Below the pieces are notes generated by a model. It was not told where the DNA came from. It did not search any database and worked only from the letters and a program-made list of their open reading frames with translations. Source: Ranitomeya imitator (taxonomy: Eukaryota). From it: DNA of 45,562 nucleotides. Location: assembly GCF_032444005.1 (NCBI RefSeq), contig NC_091288.1, positions 14,570,001-14,615,562 on the forward strand, given 5' to 3'. Each line of letters opens with the position of its first letter. The stretch's first letter is position 1. Below, piece after piece: positions 12,516 to 25,663 of the stretch. The translations under genes and the position numbers were made by a program.

Positions 12516-15500
12516 CCTGATCTGTAATAATGACGCAGCCTCAGGGTTCTCTACTGGGAAATCGTATTAGTTACCAAGGAATCTCCAGCAAAACCTAATA
12601 ATGAGACACAAGATCTAAAGACGTCTCATCACAAAGGAGGAAATCACAAATACAAACTCCAGAAAGAGCAAATCCTACAAGCGTCATTACTGGGCTCCGC
12701 CATACAATGACCCTGATAATATGGTCAGTGAGAAGTCTCATTCTCAGCATTGTTATATTAGTTCAGGGAGAAAACAACAAGCAGGAAAGAAAGGGTTAAT
12801 GTATGTTCTGGTTCTTGTACGGAATAACGGGATAGGAGCCAAATGTTACTGGCAGCGCACCATACAATCAACGAAAAGTTACTGCAGTTCCACTTTGGGC
12901 AATCCTGCAAATAGTACAGAAACACAAGTCCCATCATCCCGGACATTTTGTACCCAAAACTTACAATACTTGATACATTCTTGTACATGGGGCAGTATTA
13001 TAGCAGTTATATTCTTGTACACAGGGGCAGTATTATAGTAGTTATATTCTTGTACATAAGAGCAGTATTATAGTAGTAATATTCTTGTACATAGGGGCAG
13101 TATTATAGTAGTTATATTCTTGTACATAGGAGCAGTATTATAGCAGTTATATTCTTGTACACAGGGGCAATATTATAGTAGTTATATTCTTGTACATAGG
13201 GGCAGTATTATAGTAGTTATATTCTTGTACATGGGGCAGTATTATAGTAGTTATATTCTTGTACATAGGAGCAGTATTATAGTAGTTATATTCTTGTACA
13301 TGGGGCAGTATTATAGTAGTTATGTTCTTGTACATAGGGGCAGTATTATAGTAGTTATATTCTTGTATATAGGAGCAGTATTATAGTATATTCTTGCACA
13401 TAGTGGCAGTATTATAGCAGTTATATTCTTGTACATAGGAGCAGTATTATAGTAGTTATATTCTTGTACATAGGGGCAGTATTATAGTAGTTATATTCTT
13501 GTACATAGGGGCAGTATTATAGTAGTTATATTCTTGTACATGGGGCAGTATTATAGTAGTTATATTCTTGTACATAGGAGCAGTATTATAGTAGTTATAT
13601 TCTTGTACATGGGGCAGTATTATAGTAGTTATGTTCTTGTACATAGGGGCAGTATTATAGTAGTTATATTCTTGTATATAGGAGCAGTATTATAGTATAT
13701 TCTTGCACATAGTGGCAGTATTATAGCAGTTATATTCTTGTACATAGGAGCAGTATTATAGTAGTTATATTCTTGTACATAGGGGCAGTATTATAGTAGT
13801 TATATTCTTGTACATGGGGCAGTATTATAGTAGTTATATTCTTGTATATAGGAGCAGTATTATAGTATACTCTTGCACATAGTGGCAGTATTATAGCAGT
13901 TATATTCTTGTACATAGGAGAAGTATTATAGTAGTTATATTCCTGTACATAGGGGCAGTATTATAGTAGTTATATTCTTGTACATAGAAGCAGTATTATA
14001 GTTATATTCCTGTACATAGGGGCAGTATTATAGTAGTTATATTCTTGCACATAGTGGCAGTATTATAGTAGTTATATTCTTGTATATAGGAGCAGTATTA
14101 TAGTAGTTATATTCTTGTACATAGGAGCAGTATTATAGTAGTTATATTCTTGTACATAGGGACAGTATTATAGTAGTTATATTCTTGTACATAGGAGCAG
14201 TATTATAGTAGTTAGGGGCAGTATTATAGTAGTTATACTCTTGTACATAGGGGCAGTATTATAGTAGTTATATTCTTGTACATAGGGGTATTATAGTAGT
14301 TATATTCTTGTACATAGGGACAGTATTATAGTAGTTATATTCTTGTACATAGGGACAGTATTATAGTAGTTATATTCTTGTAGATAAGGGCAGTATTATA
14401 GTAATTATATTCTTGTAGATAGGGGTAGTATTATAGTAGTTATACTATTGTACATAGGGGTCAGTATTATAGTAGTTATATTCTTGTACATAGGGGCAGT
14501 ATTATAGTAGTTATATTCTTGTACATAGGGGCAGTATTATAGTAGTTATATTCTTGTACATAGGGGCAGTATTATAGTAGTTATATTCTTGTACATAGGG
14601 GTATTATAGTAGTTATATTCTTGTACATAGGGACAGTATTATAGTAGTTATATTCTTGTAGATAGGGGCAGTATTATAGTAATTATATTCTTGTAGATAG
14701 GGGCAGTATTATAGTAGTTATACTATTGTACATAGGGGTCAGTATTATAGTAATTATATTCTTGTACATAGCAGTATTATAGTAGTTATATTCTTGTACA
14801 TAGGCGCAGTATTATAGTTGTTATATTCTTGTACATAGGAGCAGTATTATAGTAGTTATATTCTTGTAGATAGGGGCAGTATTATAGTAGTTATACTCTT
14901 GTACATAGCAGTATTATAGTAGTTATATTCTTGTACATAGGGGCAGTATTATACTAGTTATATTCTTGTACATGGGGGCAGTATTATAGTATACTCTTGT
15001 ACATAGGGGCAGTATTATAGTAGTTATATTCTTGTAGATAGGAGCCGTATTATAGTAGTTATATTCTTGTACATAGGGGCAGTATTATACTAGTTATATT
15101 CTTGTACATGGGGGCAGTATTATAGTAGTTATACTCTTGTACATAGGGACAGTATTATAGTAGTTATATTCTTGTACATAGGGGCAGTATTATACTAGTT
15201 ATATTCTTGTACATGGGGGCAGTATTATAGTAGTTATACTCTTGTACATAGGGGCAGTATTATAGTAGTTATATTCTTGTAGATAGGAGCCGTATTATAG
15301 CAGCTATATTCTTGTACATAGGAGCAGTATTATAGTAGTTATATTCTTGTACATAGGAGCAGTATTATAGTAGTTATATTCTTGTACATAGGAGCAGTAT
15401 TATAGTAGTTATATTCTTGTACATAGGGGCAGTATTATAGTAGTTATATTCTTCCACATAGAGGAGCAGTATTATAGTAGTTATATTCTTGTACATGGGG

Positions 15501-18212
15501 CAGTATTATAGTAGTTATATTCTTGTATATAGGAGCAGTATTATAGTATACTCTTGCACATAGTGGCAGTATTATAGCAGTTATATTCTTGTACATAGGA
15601 GAAGTATTATAGTAGTTATATTCTTGTACATAGGGGCAGTATTATTGTAGTTATATTCTTGTACATAGGAGGCAGTATTATAGTAGATATATTCTTGTAC
15701 ATAGGAGCAGTATTATAGTTATATTCCTGTACATAGGGGCAGTATTATAGTAGTTATATTCTTGTACATAGGGGCAGTATTATAGTAGTTATATTCTTGT
15801 ACATAGGAGGCAGTATTATAGTAGTTATATTCTTGTACATAGAAGCAGTATTATAGTTATATTCCTGTACATAGGGGCAGTATTATAGTAGTTATATTCT
15901 TGTACATAGGGGCAGTATTATAGTAGTTATATTCTTGCACATAGTGGCAGTATTATAGTAGTTATATTCTTGTATATAGGAGCAGTATTATAGTAGTTAT
16001 ATTCTTGTACATAGGAGCAGTATTATAGTAGTTATATTCTTGTACATAGGGACAGTATTATAGTAGTTATATTCTTGTACATAGCAGTATTATAGTAGTT
16101 ATATTCTTGTACATAGGAGCAGTATTATAGTAGTTAGGGGCAGTATTATAGTAGTTATACTCTTGTACATAGGGGCAGTATTATAGTAGTTATACTCTTG
16201 TACATAGGAGCAGTATTATAGTAGTTATATTCTTGTACATAGGAGCAGTATTATAGTAGTTATATTCTTGTACATAGGGGCAGTATTATAGTAGTTAGGG
16301 GCAGTATTATAGTAGTTATACTCTTGTACATAGGGGCAGTATTATAGTTATACTCTTGTACATAGGAGCAGTATTATAGTAGTTATATTCTTGTACATAG
16401 GAGCAGTATTATAGTAGTTATATTCTTGTACATAGGGGCAGTATTATAGTATTTATATTCTTGTACATAGGAGCAGTATTATAGTAGTTAGGGGCAGTAT
16501 TATAGTAGTTATACTCTTGTACATAGGGGCAGTATTATAGTTATATTCTTGTACATAGGAGCAGTATTATAGTAGTTATATTCTTGTACATAGGAGCAGT
16601 ATTATAGTAGTTATATTCTTGTACATAGGAGCAGTATTATAGTAGTTATATTCTTGTACATAGGGACAGTATTATAGTAGTTATATTCTTGTACATAGGA
16701 GCAGTATTATAGTAGTTAGGGGCAGTATTATAGTAGTTATACTCTTGTACATAGGGGCAGTATTATAGTAGTTATATTCTTGTACATATGGACAGTATTA
16801 TAGTAGTTATATTCTTGTACATAGGAGCAGTATTATAGTAGTTAGGGGCAGTATTATAGTAGTTATACTCTTGTACATAGGGGCAGTATTATAGTAGTTA
16901 TATTCTTGTACATAGGGGTATTATAGTAGTTATATTCTTGTACATAGGGACAGTATTATAGTAGTTATATTCTTGTACATAGGGACAGTATTATAGTAGT
17001 TATATTCTTGTAGATAAGGGCAGTATTATAGTAATTATATTCTTGTAGATAGGGGCAGTATTATAGTAGTTATACTATTGTACATAGGGGTCAGTATTAT
17101 AGTAGTTATATTCTTGTACATAGGGGCAGTATTATAGTAGTTATATTCTTGTACATAGGTGCAGTATTATAGTAGTTATATTCTTGTACATAGGGGCAGT
17201 ATTATAGTAGTTATATTCTTGTACATAGGGGTATTATAGTAGTTATATTCTTGTACATAGGGACAGTATTATAGTAGTTATATTCTTGTAGATAGGGGCA
17301 GTATTATAGTAATTATATTCTTGTAGATAGGGGCAGTATTATAGTAGTTATACTATTGTACATAGGGGTCAGTATTATAGTAGTTATATTCTTGTACATA
17401 GCAGTATTATAGTAGTTATATTCTTGTACATAGGAGCAGTATTATAGTTGTTATATTCTTGTACATAGGAGCAGTATTATAGTAGTTATATTCTTGTAGA
17501 TAGGGGCAGTATTATAGTAGTTATACTCTTGTACATAGCAGTATTATAGTAGTTATATTCTTGTACATAGGGGCAGTATTATACTAGTTATATTCTTGTA
17601 CATGGGGGCAGTATTATAGTATACTCTTGTACATAGGGGCAGTATTATAGTAGTTATATTCTTGTAGATAGGAGCCGTATTATAGTAGTTATATTCTTGT
17701 ACATAGGGGCAATATTATACTAGTTATATTCTTGTACATGGGGGCAGTATTATAGTAGTTATACTCTTGTACATAGGGACAGTATTATAGTAGTTATATT
17801 CTTGTACATAGGGGCAGTATTATACTAGTTATATTCTTGTAAATGGGGGCAGTATTATAGTAGTTATACTCTTGTACATAGGGGCAGTATTATAGTAGTT
17901 ATATTCTTGTAGATAGGAGCCGTATTATAGCAGCTATATTCTTGTACATAGGAGCAGTATTATAGTAGTTATATTCTTGTACATAGGAGCAGTATTATAG
18001 TAGTTATATTCTTGTACATAGGAGCAGTATTATAGTAGTTATATTCTTGTACATAGGGGCAGTATTATAGTAGTTATATTCTTCCACATAGAGGAGCAGT
18101 ATTATAGTAGTTATATTCTTGTACATAGGGGGCAGTATTATAGTAGTTATATTCCTGTACATAGGGACAGTATTATAGTGGTTATATTCTTGTACATAGG
18201 GGCAGTATTATA

Positions 18213-19826
18213 CAGGTCCTTCTCAAAAAAATTAGCATATAGTGTTAAATTTCATTATTTACCATAATGTAATGATTACAATTAAACTTTCATATATTAT
18301 AGATTCATTATCCACCAACTGAAATTTGTCAGGTCTTTTATTGTTTTAATACTGATGATTTTGGCATACAACTCCTGATAACCCAAAAAACCTGTCTCAA
18401 TAAATTAGCATATTTCACCCATCCAATCAAATAAAAGTGTTTTTTTAATAACAAACAAAACAACCATCAAATAATAATGTTCAGTTATGCACTCAATACT
18501 TGGTCGGGAATCCTTTGGCAGAAATGACTGCTTCAATGCGGCGTGGCATGGAGGCAATCAGCCTGTGACACTGCTGAGATGTTATGGAGGCCCAGGATGC
18601 TTCAATAGCGGCCTTAAGCTCATCCAGAGTGTTGGGTCTTGCGTCTCTCAACTTTCTCTTCACAATATCCCACAGATTCTCTATGGGGTTCAGGTCAGGA
18701 GAGTTGGCAGGCCAATTGAGCACAGTAATACCATGGTCAGTAAACCATTTACCAGTGGTTTTGGCACTGTGAGCAGGTGCCAGGTCGTGCTGAAAAATGA
18801 AATCTTCATCTCCATAAAGCATTTCAGCCGATGGAAGCATGAAGTGCTCCAAAATCTCCTGATAGCTAGCTGCATTGACCCTGCCCTTGATGAAACACAG
18901 TGGACCAACACCAGCAGCTGACATGGCACCCCACACCATCACTGACTGTGGGTACTTGACACTGGACTTCAGGCATTTTGGCATTTCCTTCTCCCCAGTC
19001 TTCCTCCAGACTCTGGCACCTTGATTTCCGAATGACATGCAAAATTTGCTTTCATCAGAAAAAAGTACTTGGGACCACTTAGCAACAGCCCAGTGCTGCT
19101 TCTCTGTAGCCCAGGTCAGGCGCCTCTGCCGCTGTTTATGGTTCAAAAGTGGCTTTACCTGGGGAATGCGGCACCTGTAGCCCATTTCCTGCACACGCCT
19201 GTGCACGGTGGCTCTGGATGTTTCCACACCAGACTCAGTCCACTGCTTCCTCAGGTTCCCCAAGGTCTGGAATCGGTCCTTCTCCACAATCTTCCTCAGG
19301 GTCCGGTCTCCTCTTCTCGTTGTACAGCGTTTTCTGCCACATTGTTTCCTTCCAACAGACTTACCATTGAGGTGCCTTGATACAGCACTCTGGGAACAGC
19401 CTATTTGTTGAGAAATTTCTTTCTGGGTCTTACCCTCTTGCTTGAGGGTGTCAATGATGGCCTTCTTGACATCTGTCAGGTCGCTAGTCTTACCCATGAT
19501 GGGGGTTTTGAGTAATGAACCAGGCAGGGAGTTTATAAAAGCCTCAGGTATCTTTTGCATGTGTTTAGAGTTAATTAGTTGATTCAGAAGATTAGGGTAA
19601 TAGGTCGTTTAGAGAACCTTTTCTTGATATGCTAATTTATTGAGACAGGTTTTTTGGGTTATCAGGAGTTGTATGCCAAAATCATCAGTATTAAAACAAT
19701 AAAAGACCTGACAAATTTCAGTTGGTGGATAATGAATCTATAATATATGAAAGTTTAATTGTAATCATTACATTATGGTAAATAATGAAATTTAACACTA
19801 TATGCTAATTTTTTGAGAAGGACCTG
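18213..19826 (-). mobile_element. Full-length Tc1/mariner transposon (IR/DR type), 1614 bp
   Basis: TA target duplication (18211-12 and 19827-28); TIRs 18213-18413 and 19627-19826 that by eye differ only by one base in an A-run; the repeat CTCAAWAAATTAGCATAT lies at both ends of each TIR. Confidence 0.97.
18493..19497 (-). CDS. Tc1 DD34E transposase, intact, 334 aa from MGKTSDL (ORF extends to an upstream ATG at 19560)
   Basis: N-terminal HTH-like region; VLFSDESKF, FQHDLAPAH and SPDLNPIENLW with 34 residues between D2 and E; no stops or frameshifts. Confidence 0.95.
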   Translation of the reverse strand: MGKTSDLTDVKKAIIDTLKQEGKTQKEISQQIGCSQSAVSRHLNGKSVGRKQCGRKRCTTRRGDRTLRKIVEKDRFQTLGNLRKQWTESGVETSRATVHRRVQEMGYRCRIPQVKPLLNHKQRQRRLTWATEKQHWAVAKWSQVLFSDESKFCMSFGNQGARVWRKTGEKEMPKCLKSSVKYPQSVMVWGAMSAAGVGPLCFIKGRVNAASYQEILEHFMLPSAEMLYGDEDFIFQHDLAPAHSAKTTGKWFTDHGITVLNWPANSPDLNPIENLWDIVKRKLRDARPNTLDELKAAIEASWASITSQQCHRLIASMPRRIEAVISAKGFPTKY

Positions 19827-22608
19827 TAGTAGTTATACTCTTGCACATAGGGGCAGTATTACATTAGTAATTTTCTTGTGCATATTGTCAGTATTATATG
19901 TTATATAGTATTGTCAGAAGATATATTGTAAGCTACCAGGAACCTGCCTGTCCTACTATTCTCAGGTTTGCCTTGGTCTTCAGAGGTTTGTATCAGCTGT
20001 CAGGTTTACTTTAACTGTGTAATGTTGGTAGCTTAGAATGACAGGACATAGTGACTTCTAAGCGTTTCTTCTACAGCAGAGTATGTTTATTGCTCTTAGT
20101 CTTTACATTACTCAGTAAGACGGTTGATAACAGCAGACATTCTATTCTGCATCTTTAGCTGCTCTAGTACAATTTTTTTTTTTTAATCTCCAAATCACTG
20201 CCAAGAAACAAGTTACTGCAGCTCTGAGCAGAGGAGTGACACCGACAAGGTCCTCTTCGAGACAGAGTTTTTATGAGGGAAGTTGTCAGTCTATGACCAC
20301 AGCACAATTTTTACATAATTTCTTACATATGGGACATTTCAGAAGAATTTAATCTGAAGTTACTGTTCATTTTCTGAAATTTGGGATTTTATAAATTTTA
20401 CTATTGTAGCTTTATCACAGTGAGGTCTCTATTCTTCTGGTACAGAGCAGCACATTCCCTATAACCACCACTAGGGGGCTCATTAGTTCTATGTACACTG
20501 TATGCAGGATGCACTTGGGCTCCCTCTAGTGGTGGCTGCAAGCTCTAGGAATTAGATCATGCAGAGAATTTGGAGCCATTATAGTAAACGGACGGCTTTA
20601 ATAGGAAATTCATTCTCAGGTTTGATGAATAATCCGAGAAATCTACCACTCAGCTTCACATGCTACATCCAATAAGAATTTGTAAATTCATAAGAATTTG
20701 CAACTTGTGCACTAAGTATATTGCTAAAATCTTACAGATGATTTAACAATCTGACATTAAACATTTGTTTCCTCCGCCATCTGCATGCACTACAGCCAGT
20801 CTCTTCCTCTAGGATTGATGTACCGATGTTTTCATCCTGATCCTCCTGGTTCAGGAGAATGCTTGCCTTATGATTTCGATCTGACCAGTTTCCTGAATGT
20901 CCGGTCAATGAACAGGTTCCTAAGAGTCACTGCTGGCATCATGGAGGAATGTGCCATGACTGACAGGTAGTGCAGACACAATCACAGCCGCTTGCGCCAC
21001 TTTGTCATCCGGGTGCTTGTTGACGAATGACATTTATTACAAGCGAGGTCGGCATGGCAGGATAGTGAAGGGCACCCGTCACGGCCATAGCTGGCGCCAG
21101 ATGATATAAGGGGCTGCTAGTCACTAGGAGCAGGGTCACATTACCATTGCCCCAGGGGCCAGCTGTGGCTCTAAGCCCTACATCATGTGGCCCCATAACT
21201 ACAGATCCTGTACTGTCAGCACCATGTTATGCATCGTAGGAGAGGGAGTTGTGTGTAGGAGGTAAACGTTTGATTTACCCCTAATGTGTACCTGTCATTT
21301 CAGGAAACTGTTCAGAATAAGTTGTGCGTACTAGAGGATTAACCCTATTTCTAATATGTTACTGATATTCTGCATTTTCACTAGATTTTCCCCTCTCCAG
21401 GCTTTATCTCTAATTTTCTGTTGTCTCTGAGCTAGTGGGTGTAGACAAGCTGCCATGGTATCTCCTATACACAGCACACACACAGACTGGAGGATTCCTG
21501 CTCTTCTGTCTCTATGTTCAGAAGCAGCAGCAAGGAGGCAATATACAGCACTTCTGAGCAGTGTAGCTGTGAATCCAGCTCTGGGGGTGATCAGATAGCA
21601 GTAGCACCATCTCTATATCTCTTTACTTTTATCAATATGCTCTTTCCACTTCATAGACCTCCATAGGCAGCTGTAATCTGCTCCCTGAGTGAGCTGGCAC
21701 TCCTGTTGCTGAGCTTTATGCGTATACAAGCAGAGGATTAGAGGAGGGGAAAGACGAGTGCAATGAAGTGGATTAATGTGTATGGTTGGATGACTCCTAG
21801 TGCCTGAAGAACCAGTTAGTGGTCATTCTACCTGGTAGTCCTAGGCTTGCTAGATTGCTGAAATCAACCTGCAGCTGTGGAGACGTCCGCAGACCATCGC
21901 CATTTCAGAGAAGGAACACAGATTGGTGAGAATTCCAGAGGTGGGACCACTGCTGCTGCCCCCATATGCGTCGTCCCTGTATCGCCGTCATAGATTGCGG
22001 TGCACCCACCGGACACGTTCAGGAATCCTCTACAAACTCACTGTACGATTAGTACATACATCAGTTTTCAAAACAAAAGAGAAAAAAAAAAGAAATAAAA
22101 GATGGTGCATTCTGCAGATTCTTAGATCTGCAGGACGCTCATTCTTGAGGATTTTCTCTGCAGATTTCACACAATGCAAAGGATCCATAGGTTAAAAAAC
22201 CCTGCGGATTTTGTGTGAACATAAATAAAACTGCAGGTGAGTGCACAATTTGGAAGCAATGATCCCTCCGGCACACTGAGGGTCTCTGTGTTCCCCTCCA
22301 TGGTACAGGCCGGGATATTGTCCCCAGTGCAGTGACAGCTGCAGATTTTCCTGGGAGGAGTTGGCATCCTGGGGTCTCACAATATGACACCCCAGCTGTG
22401 GGGGAGCGAGGGGTGGGTGGGAGGTGTCACTGCTCCGTCTTATTTTGGTACTTGCTAAATATTGTCAGCTGAAGAGCCGCTACTGAATCTGAGCCCCGGC
22501 CAGAACAGCTTTAAAAAAAAAAAAAAAAAAAAGTTGCTTACTGAGCAGAACGGTAACACGGAAGGACGGGCGAGAGGCTGTAACGAGCTGTCAGCTGACG
22601 AGGTGTTA

Positions 22609-23368
22609 GGGTACCGTCACACTATACGATTTACCTACGATCACGACCAGCGATATGACCTGGCCGTGATCGTAGGTAAATCGTAGTGTGGTCGCTGGGG
22701 AGCTGTCACACAGACAGCTCTCCAGCGACCAACGATGCCGAGGTCCCTGGGTAACCAGGGTAAACATCGGGTAACTAAGCGCAGGACCGCGCTTAGTTAC
22801 CCGATGTTTACCCTGGTTACAAGCGTTAAACTAAAAAAAAAAAAACAGTACATACTTACATTCTGGTGTCCGTCAGGTCCCTTGCAGTCTGCTTCTCGCA
22901 CTCAGTGACTGCCGGCCGTAAAGTGAAAGTGAAAGCACAGCCGCTGTGCTCTGCTTTCACTTTACGGCCGGCAGTCACAGTGCGGGAAGCAGACGGCAAG
23001 GGAGCTGACGGACACCAGAATGTAAGTATGTGCTGTTTGTTTGTTTTTTAGTTTAACGCTTGTAACCAGGGTAAACATCGGGTAACTAAGCGCGGTCCTG
23101 CGCTTAGTTACCCGATGTTTACCCTGGTTACAAGCGAACGCATCGCTGGATCGCATCGCTAGATCGCTGTCACACACACCGATCTAGCGATGACAGCGGG
23201 AGATCCAGCGATGAAAGAAAGTTCCATACGATCTGCTACGACGTACGATTCTCAGCAGGATCCCTGATCACTGCTGCGTGTCAGACACAGCGATATCGTA
23301 ACGATATCGCTGGAACGTCACGAATCGTACCGTCGTAGCGATCGAAATGTTATAGTGTGACGGTACCC
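22609..23368. mobile_element. Fold-back non-autonomous DNA transposon (Harbinger-like MITE)
   Basis: TIR GGGTACCGTCACACTATA / TATAGTGTGACGGTACCC; flanks are TTA left and TAA right (not an identical triplet); long internal inverted repeats. Confidence 0.85.
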
Positions 23369-24108
23369 TAACTGTGCGAATAGGCATCCATGATGAAAGG
23401 ATCCCAGGTTACTAACCCACGATGGGAGACTATAAGCTGCAGTCGTGAGATCGCTCATATCAGTGGTCTCCAACCCCCAGTCACATGGCGCAACATCGCA
23501 GTCCTGAGTTTGGGAATTCGCACTGGGAACACATCTTCACCCCTAAAGTGGTAGATCTTACACTAGTATTACATCAAAACTAATCGTGAAGTATTAATGT
23601 ATTTAATGCATCTTTTCATTTCTATTTGAGACCTTTCTGGCAATGATCACAGATTGCCTATAACTCTCTCTTGGACGCCATGAGCCTCAGCCCAGGATGT
23701 CAGAGGACCTCCATAACCGCAGCATTTAACAACGGGACCAAGGAGCTTACGGAGCTGCTCGGCCGGAGTCAGAAGTGTCAGCCCTCGCAGCAGTTTTATC
23801 ATTATTTATTAACAATATATTATTTTTAGCAAAATCTAAACTCAACCACAAACAGCAGAGAAGACAGCAGACGTCGTCCTGAAATCCTGGACCGGGATGT
23901 GCATGGACCCAAGGCCCCCCGATGTGCGAGAAATAGGACGATTCCAGCACCGTTTGGTTCCTATAACCCAAAACATGGCAAGCAACGCACTGCTCAACAT
24001 TAACGAGCAGCACAACACTCATCGGACACTTTCATCCCAGGCACTTAACACTTTAGAAAAATAGATGCATCTTGGATTGCTCCTTGGGGTATTGCATTTA
24101 CTGGAAGC

Positions 24109-24352
24109 TCAGTGCTGGCCCCGCAAGGTCTCCCGGCACTGCATCGTGTCACAGATGTATTGGTCGGCGTCCACGTCAGGTGTTGAGGTAGATTTTGAAC
24201 AGGAGATGGCGGCGTTCATCCCATGACCAAGGCAGACTCTGGTGCACCAGACAGAATGTGAGAGCGGATGGGGCCGGTGCTGCGCTCCTGCTGTGGAGGG
24301 ATCACAGAACTCTGATGGAGAGGGGACGGCTTCAATGGACTCAGTTGTTCCT
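24109..24352 (-). CDS. ttll4: Tentative ttll4 terminal coding exon
   Basis: Strong acceptor cctcttttatccAG. The phase-2 frame gives 80 aa to TGA at 24109; the phase-1 frame gives 44 aa to 24216. I cannot recognise homology. A candidate AATAAA lies at 23805-23810. Confidence 0.35.
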
Positions 24353-24647
24353 CTGGATAAAGAGGCAATCTGCTGAGAGAAATAGTTATATAAAACTTAC
24401 TACAGAATATTACTTTTACCCATTACAGCAGAACTCGGCAGGATTATTGAAGAGTCGCCCCGGGGTCCTTTCCTTTCCAGGTCAGAGGATGACTGCAGAG
24501 ACGTCAGATGCATTTTGAGGATTCGTACAAAATTGCCTAAACTTGTGTCAAGGATAAACCTATAAAGCAAGACTTGCACAGATAAGGTGCCCCGTACGTA
24601 TGAAGCGAGAGCTGCCATGTAGATATGTGGGGTACATGCATATTTAA

Positions 24648-25287
24648 AGGGGTTTCCCATTTTTTTTTTTTTATTTTAAAAAAGCACATCCCCAAAATTG
24701 CAGTCATGTAAAATAAAACCAGATGGTCCTCGCCTTCCCCAGGTCCAGTGCAGGCTCTCTGCCACCTCTCCAGTGAGTTCTAGCCCTGACAATGATGTCA
24801 CAGCTACAGTGCACTTTACCGCTGCAGCCAATCACTGACCTCAGCGACTCTGGCTATGTAGATAGAACTTAGCGATTGGCTGCAGCGGTTGGGCACTGTA
24901 GTTGTGACCTCACCACTTAAACCAAAACAGAGACAAAGTCAGAGTCGGAGCTGAACCTGAGGAAATTGTTATTTTACACAAATACAAGCATTTGGAGACT
25001 ACTTAAAAAAATAAATAAAATATTTAAAAAGGTGTTGTCCAGTAAAGATAACTTTTAGATCAATGGGGGTCCGACCTCTGGTCTCTCACCACTCCGCATA
25101 ATAACTTTTATCCCTGGTAGAATGAAGCAGAGCGCATGCTCAACCACCCCTCCATTCATTGCCTATATGCTGAGCAGTGGGCTCCACTTTTTCCAGCAGC
25201 CCCATGGGTAATGAATGGAGCGGAGGTTGAGCATTCGCTCTTTTGCGGGGGATAAAAGTGCCCAGTGGCCTTTGCTGGACATCCCCT
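24648..25287. mobile_element. Two adjacent TTAA-associated (T2/Kolobok-like) MITEs, about 24648-25004 and 25028-25287
   Basis: TTAA-flanked AGGGGTTTCCCA end; AGGTGTTGTCCAG / CTGGACATCCCCT-TTAA TIR pair matching at 11 of 13. Confidence 0.5.
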
Positions 25288-25589
25288 TTAAGGGCTTGTT
25301 TGCTTAGGAGTTCTGAATATGCTGTATGAGGCGCTGCTCACAACTACAAGTATCCAGTAAACCATGTGAGGGCCCATCCGTGATCGTTTCCTTCAAAAGG
25401 CTCCAAAGTGTAACAAAGCACCAGCAATGTAGATGGGATTTTGTATCAGATTTCCATTTATTTGCACTGGAAAATCCTGCCACCCCCCCATGTACAATTA
25501 GCTTTAATATAAACTCCTACAGAAGTGCGGCTGGAAGACGTGATCTGCACGCGATGGCGTCATTAATAATACCGCCTGCACACACTGAC

Positions 25590-25663
25590 CGGGGGTTTGT
25601 GGCTTCTCTTTTGCTGCAGCCATTGAGACTCGTCGCACTGGGGCTGGATTTCTGCGGCGACCT
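25590..25663 (-). CDS. ttll4: Probable ttll4 exon (RSPQKSSPSATSLNGCSKREATNP)
   Basis: ttttatttcAG acceptor and CG|GTCAGT donor; phase 0 in; LNGCSKREAT resembles human LNAFSKSETS. Confidence 0.55.

Larger units (their letters stand above)
12960..19870. repeat. 35-bp satellite, about 150 copies (TTCTTGTACATAGGGGCAGTATTATAGTAGTTATA), interrupted near its right end by a Tc1 element
   Basis: Period 35 (TATTATAG at 13031 and 13066); the array runs to 18212 and resumes at 19827. Confidence 0.97.

Noticed and set aside
13147-13915. MYKNITTIILP ORFs
   Set aside because: Translations of the 35-bp satellite.
698-18212. CRISPR-like arrays
   Set aside because: Units are head-to-tail with no unique spacers, there are no cas genes, and the context is a vertebrate genome.
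10300-24000. Expected cyp27a1 exons
   Set aside because: No P450 motifs (AGVDT, ExxR, FGxGxRxCxG) recognised by eye; a translated search is still needed.
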